DNA of 64,000 nucleotides from Setoptus koraiensis (Eukaryota; Animalia; Arthropoda): NCBI GenBank assembly GCA_048013815.1, contig CM106585.1, positions 17,360,001 to 17,424,000 of the forward strand, read 5' to 3'. Shown piece by piece: positions 62,217 to 64,000 of this stretch (position 1 is its first letter; each line of letters starts with the position of its first letter). The notes under the pieces were generated by a model. It saw only the letters and a program-made list of their open reading frames with translations, ran no database searches and was not told where the DNA came from. The position numbers and the translations under genes were made by a program.

Positions 62217-64000
62217 GCGAGCTGTCGGACTGATTATTGTTCTAACGGTATTAAGCCGTTAGCCACTGCTATGATATTGTGTAATATAGCGTAATACAAG
62301 CACAATATATAAACAATATACAAACAACATACAAACAATATACAAACAATTGCACATTGGCACAAATCAATGGCATTTGGGTCAACAGGAGACACCCATT
62401 GTTTTGTGTGTGTGTGTGTGTGCCATTGATTAACATTGGCCGCTCATTTGCATACGACGGCCACGTTGATGCGGCTCCCCTCGCATCTCTCGGCCGTTAC
62501 ATCAACAAGCCGTTACGTCAGCCAATTTCGAGCGCCTTTTGGACCGTTATCCCAAAAAAGCGACGATTGTTGTGCAACTAAGACGCACAGCCAACAAATG
62601 TTTCCTTTCCGTCGGTGTGTGTGTGTGTGTGTGCAATATCTTGTATAATTGTAACACCGTCGATGCCAGTCACTCGTCAGCTGTTTGCTATAGTTTGCCG
62701 CACAAAACCGGAAGTGATCGCACACATGCACTCATGAATACATACAATATCGTGAATACACACACACACAATAATGCGAATTGAAATATGAGCATTTGCA
62801 AACGAAACTAACAAGCTCACCTGTCGACAGCTTGCGAATGCTTGTTTGTGCGCAACGTAACTGATTGGCCGTATGCTGATTGCCTCATCTCTGCGACTCC
62901 TGTCATGTTGACACCTGTTGACACACACACTCATCTCAGAACAGGCTTGAGCAGACCGAAAGCAATCTATTCATAGGCAGACACACATAGCAAGACGCCG
63001 TTATCACAACGACACCAGCAACAACAGCAACAACCACAACAAACACAACAAGACAGGTTATATTTGTGCGCAGCTGACGCAACCAATATTGGCCGGGTAT
63101 GGGCCGGGTATCGGCCGTGTATCGGTCGGGTATTGGCTGGGTAATGGCGGCCACAAAGGTTGCGTCATAACTCGTTTGTTTGTTTGCTTGTCCGTTGGTT
63201 TGTTTGCTTGCTTAGGCGTGCAGGTCGCCGTTGGTCAGTCCGCTGACTCTGACGATTTCATCATGAGAGTGATTTGATTATTATTGGCACACACGCTGCA
63301 AAAAACACAAACAGCGAGCGGTAAAGGGATCTGTCGTCTGTTTATAATATAATAATATATCTGTGCATGATACACAAGCCATAGAATCTATAATATCGAT
63401 ACTGACAGTGCGCACAATAGACAATTGCGATGTATCTGTCAGTTTATCATGAGATGACCACGCTGATGCAAGCGCGCTGGCTTGATTTGAAATTGCTCAA
63501 ATGTCTTTGTTGTTTGGCTTGTGTTGTGTTGTGTTGTTTTGGGCAACATGAGCCGCATTGCTTGTGATCACGATCTGAGGCGCCGCATGACGCCTCAGAT
63601 GATGAATTGAGTCACATTATCACTCAATTCGGCCAAATCACTTCATTTTTCACTGACCAGCAACATATAAAGTTGCGATGGATGGTGGCTAAAATAGTGA
63701 CGGCCAAACTGCAGCGATACAGCGCAGAGCAGAGTCGTGAGCGCGGCATCAATGGGCTGACAGGTGACTTGATTGGCATTGTTGAGGCCTGAGCAATGTT
63801 ATTGTTGTTTGATTTGTTCATGATTGTTTCCGCTTGCTCGCCATCGCTCGCCAGCACACAGGTGATGAGAATCAGCTGTCATTGTGCTGCCTCGATGGCT
63901 AATCACGTTGTTGCGACAAGCCAAGTTGAGCGTGTTGTTGGGCCTTGTGGCTCCACAAGCGGCCAACAACAAAACAACTTTACTTTTACTGTTACAATTT

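Noticed and set aside
1-64000. tRNA, rRNA or snRNA genes
   Set aside because: No recognisable cloverleaf, rRNA or Sm-site-bearing sequence found by eye. tRNAscan-SE/Infernal would be needed to exclude them.

Overview
Eukaryotic (spliced, microsatellite-rich, CpG-rich) animal DNA, most likely an arthropod and plausibly an acariform mite (inference only). No prokaryotic features, RNA genes or CRISPR arrays were seen, and most ORFs in the supplied track are repeat-driven noise. Three real things are present. (1) At 1-6.4 kb, an AT-rich cluster of an unrecognised, intronless, signal-peptide-bearing ~255-265 aa protein family: two intact genes (569-1363 +, 5642-6409 -), the 3' end of a third at the window edge, and several decayed copies, inside and next to a tandem duplication with reciprocal deletions. 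(2) On the minus strand, the first two coding exons of an A-type muscarinic acetylcholine receptor (41476-44363 and 22374-22489, joined by a 19-kb phase-2 intron). It has a ~930-aa N-terminus carrying an internal signal/TM-like segment. I could not find exons for TM3-TM7 in the window, so the secreted-protein cluster may be nested in intron 2. (3) A four-exon DUF1057-like alpha/beta hydrolase (54646-57017 +) whose first intron holds a modular G/C-rich foldback element. The non-coding DNA carries 15 perfect PAR-bZIP D-box matches (RTTAYGTAAY, about 1 expected by rough estimate), some clustered or arranged as palindromes, and a perfect (TTCGG)61 array.
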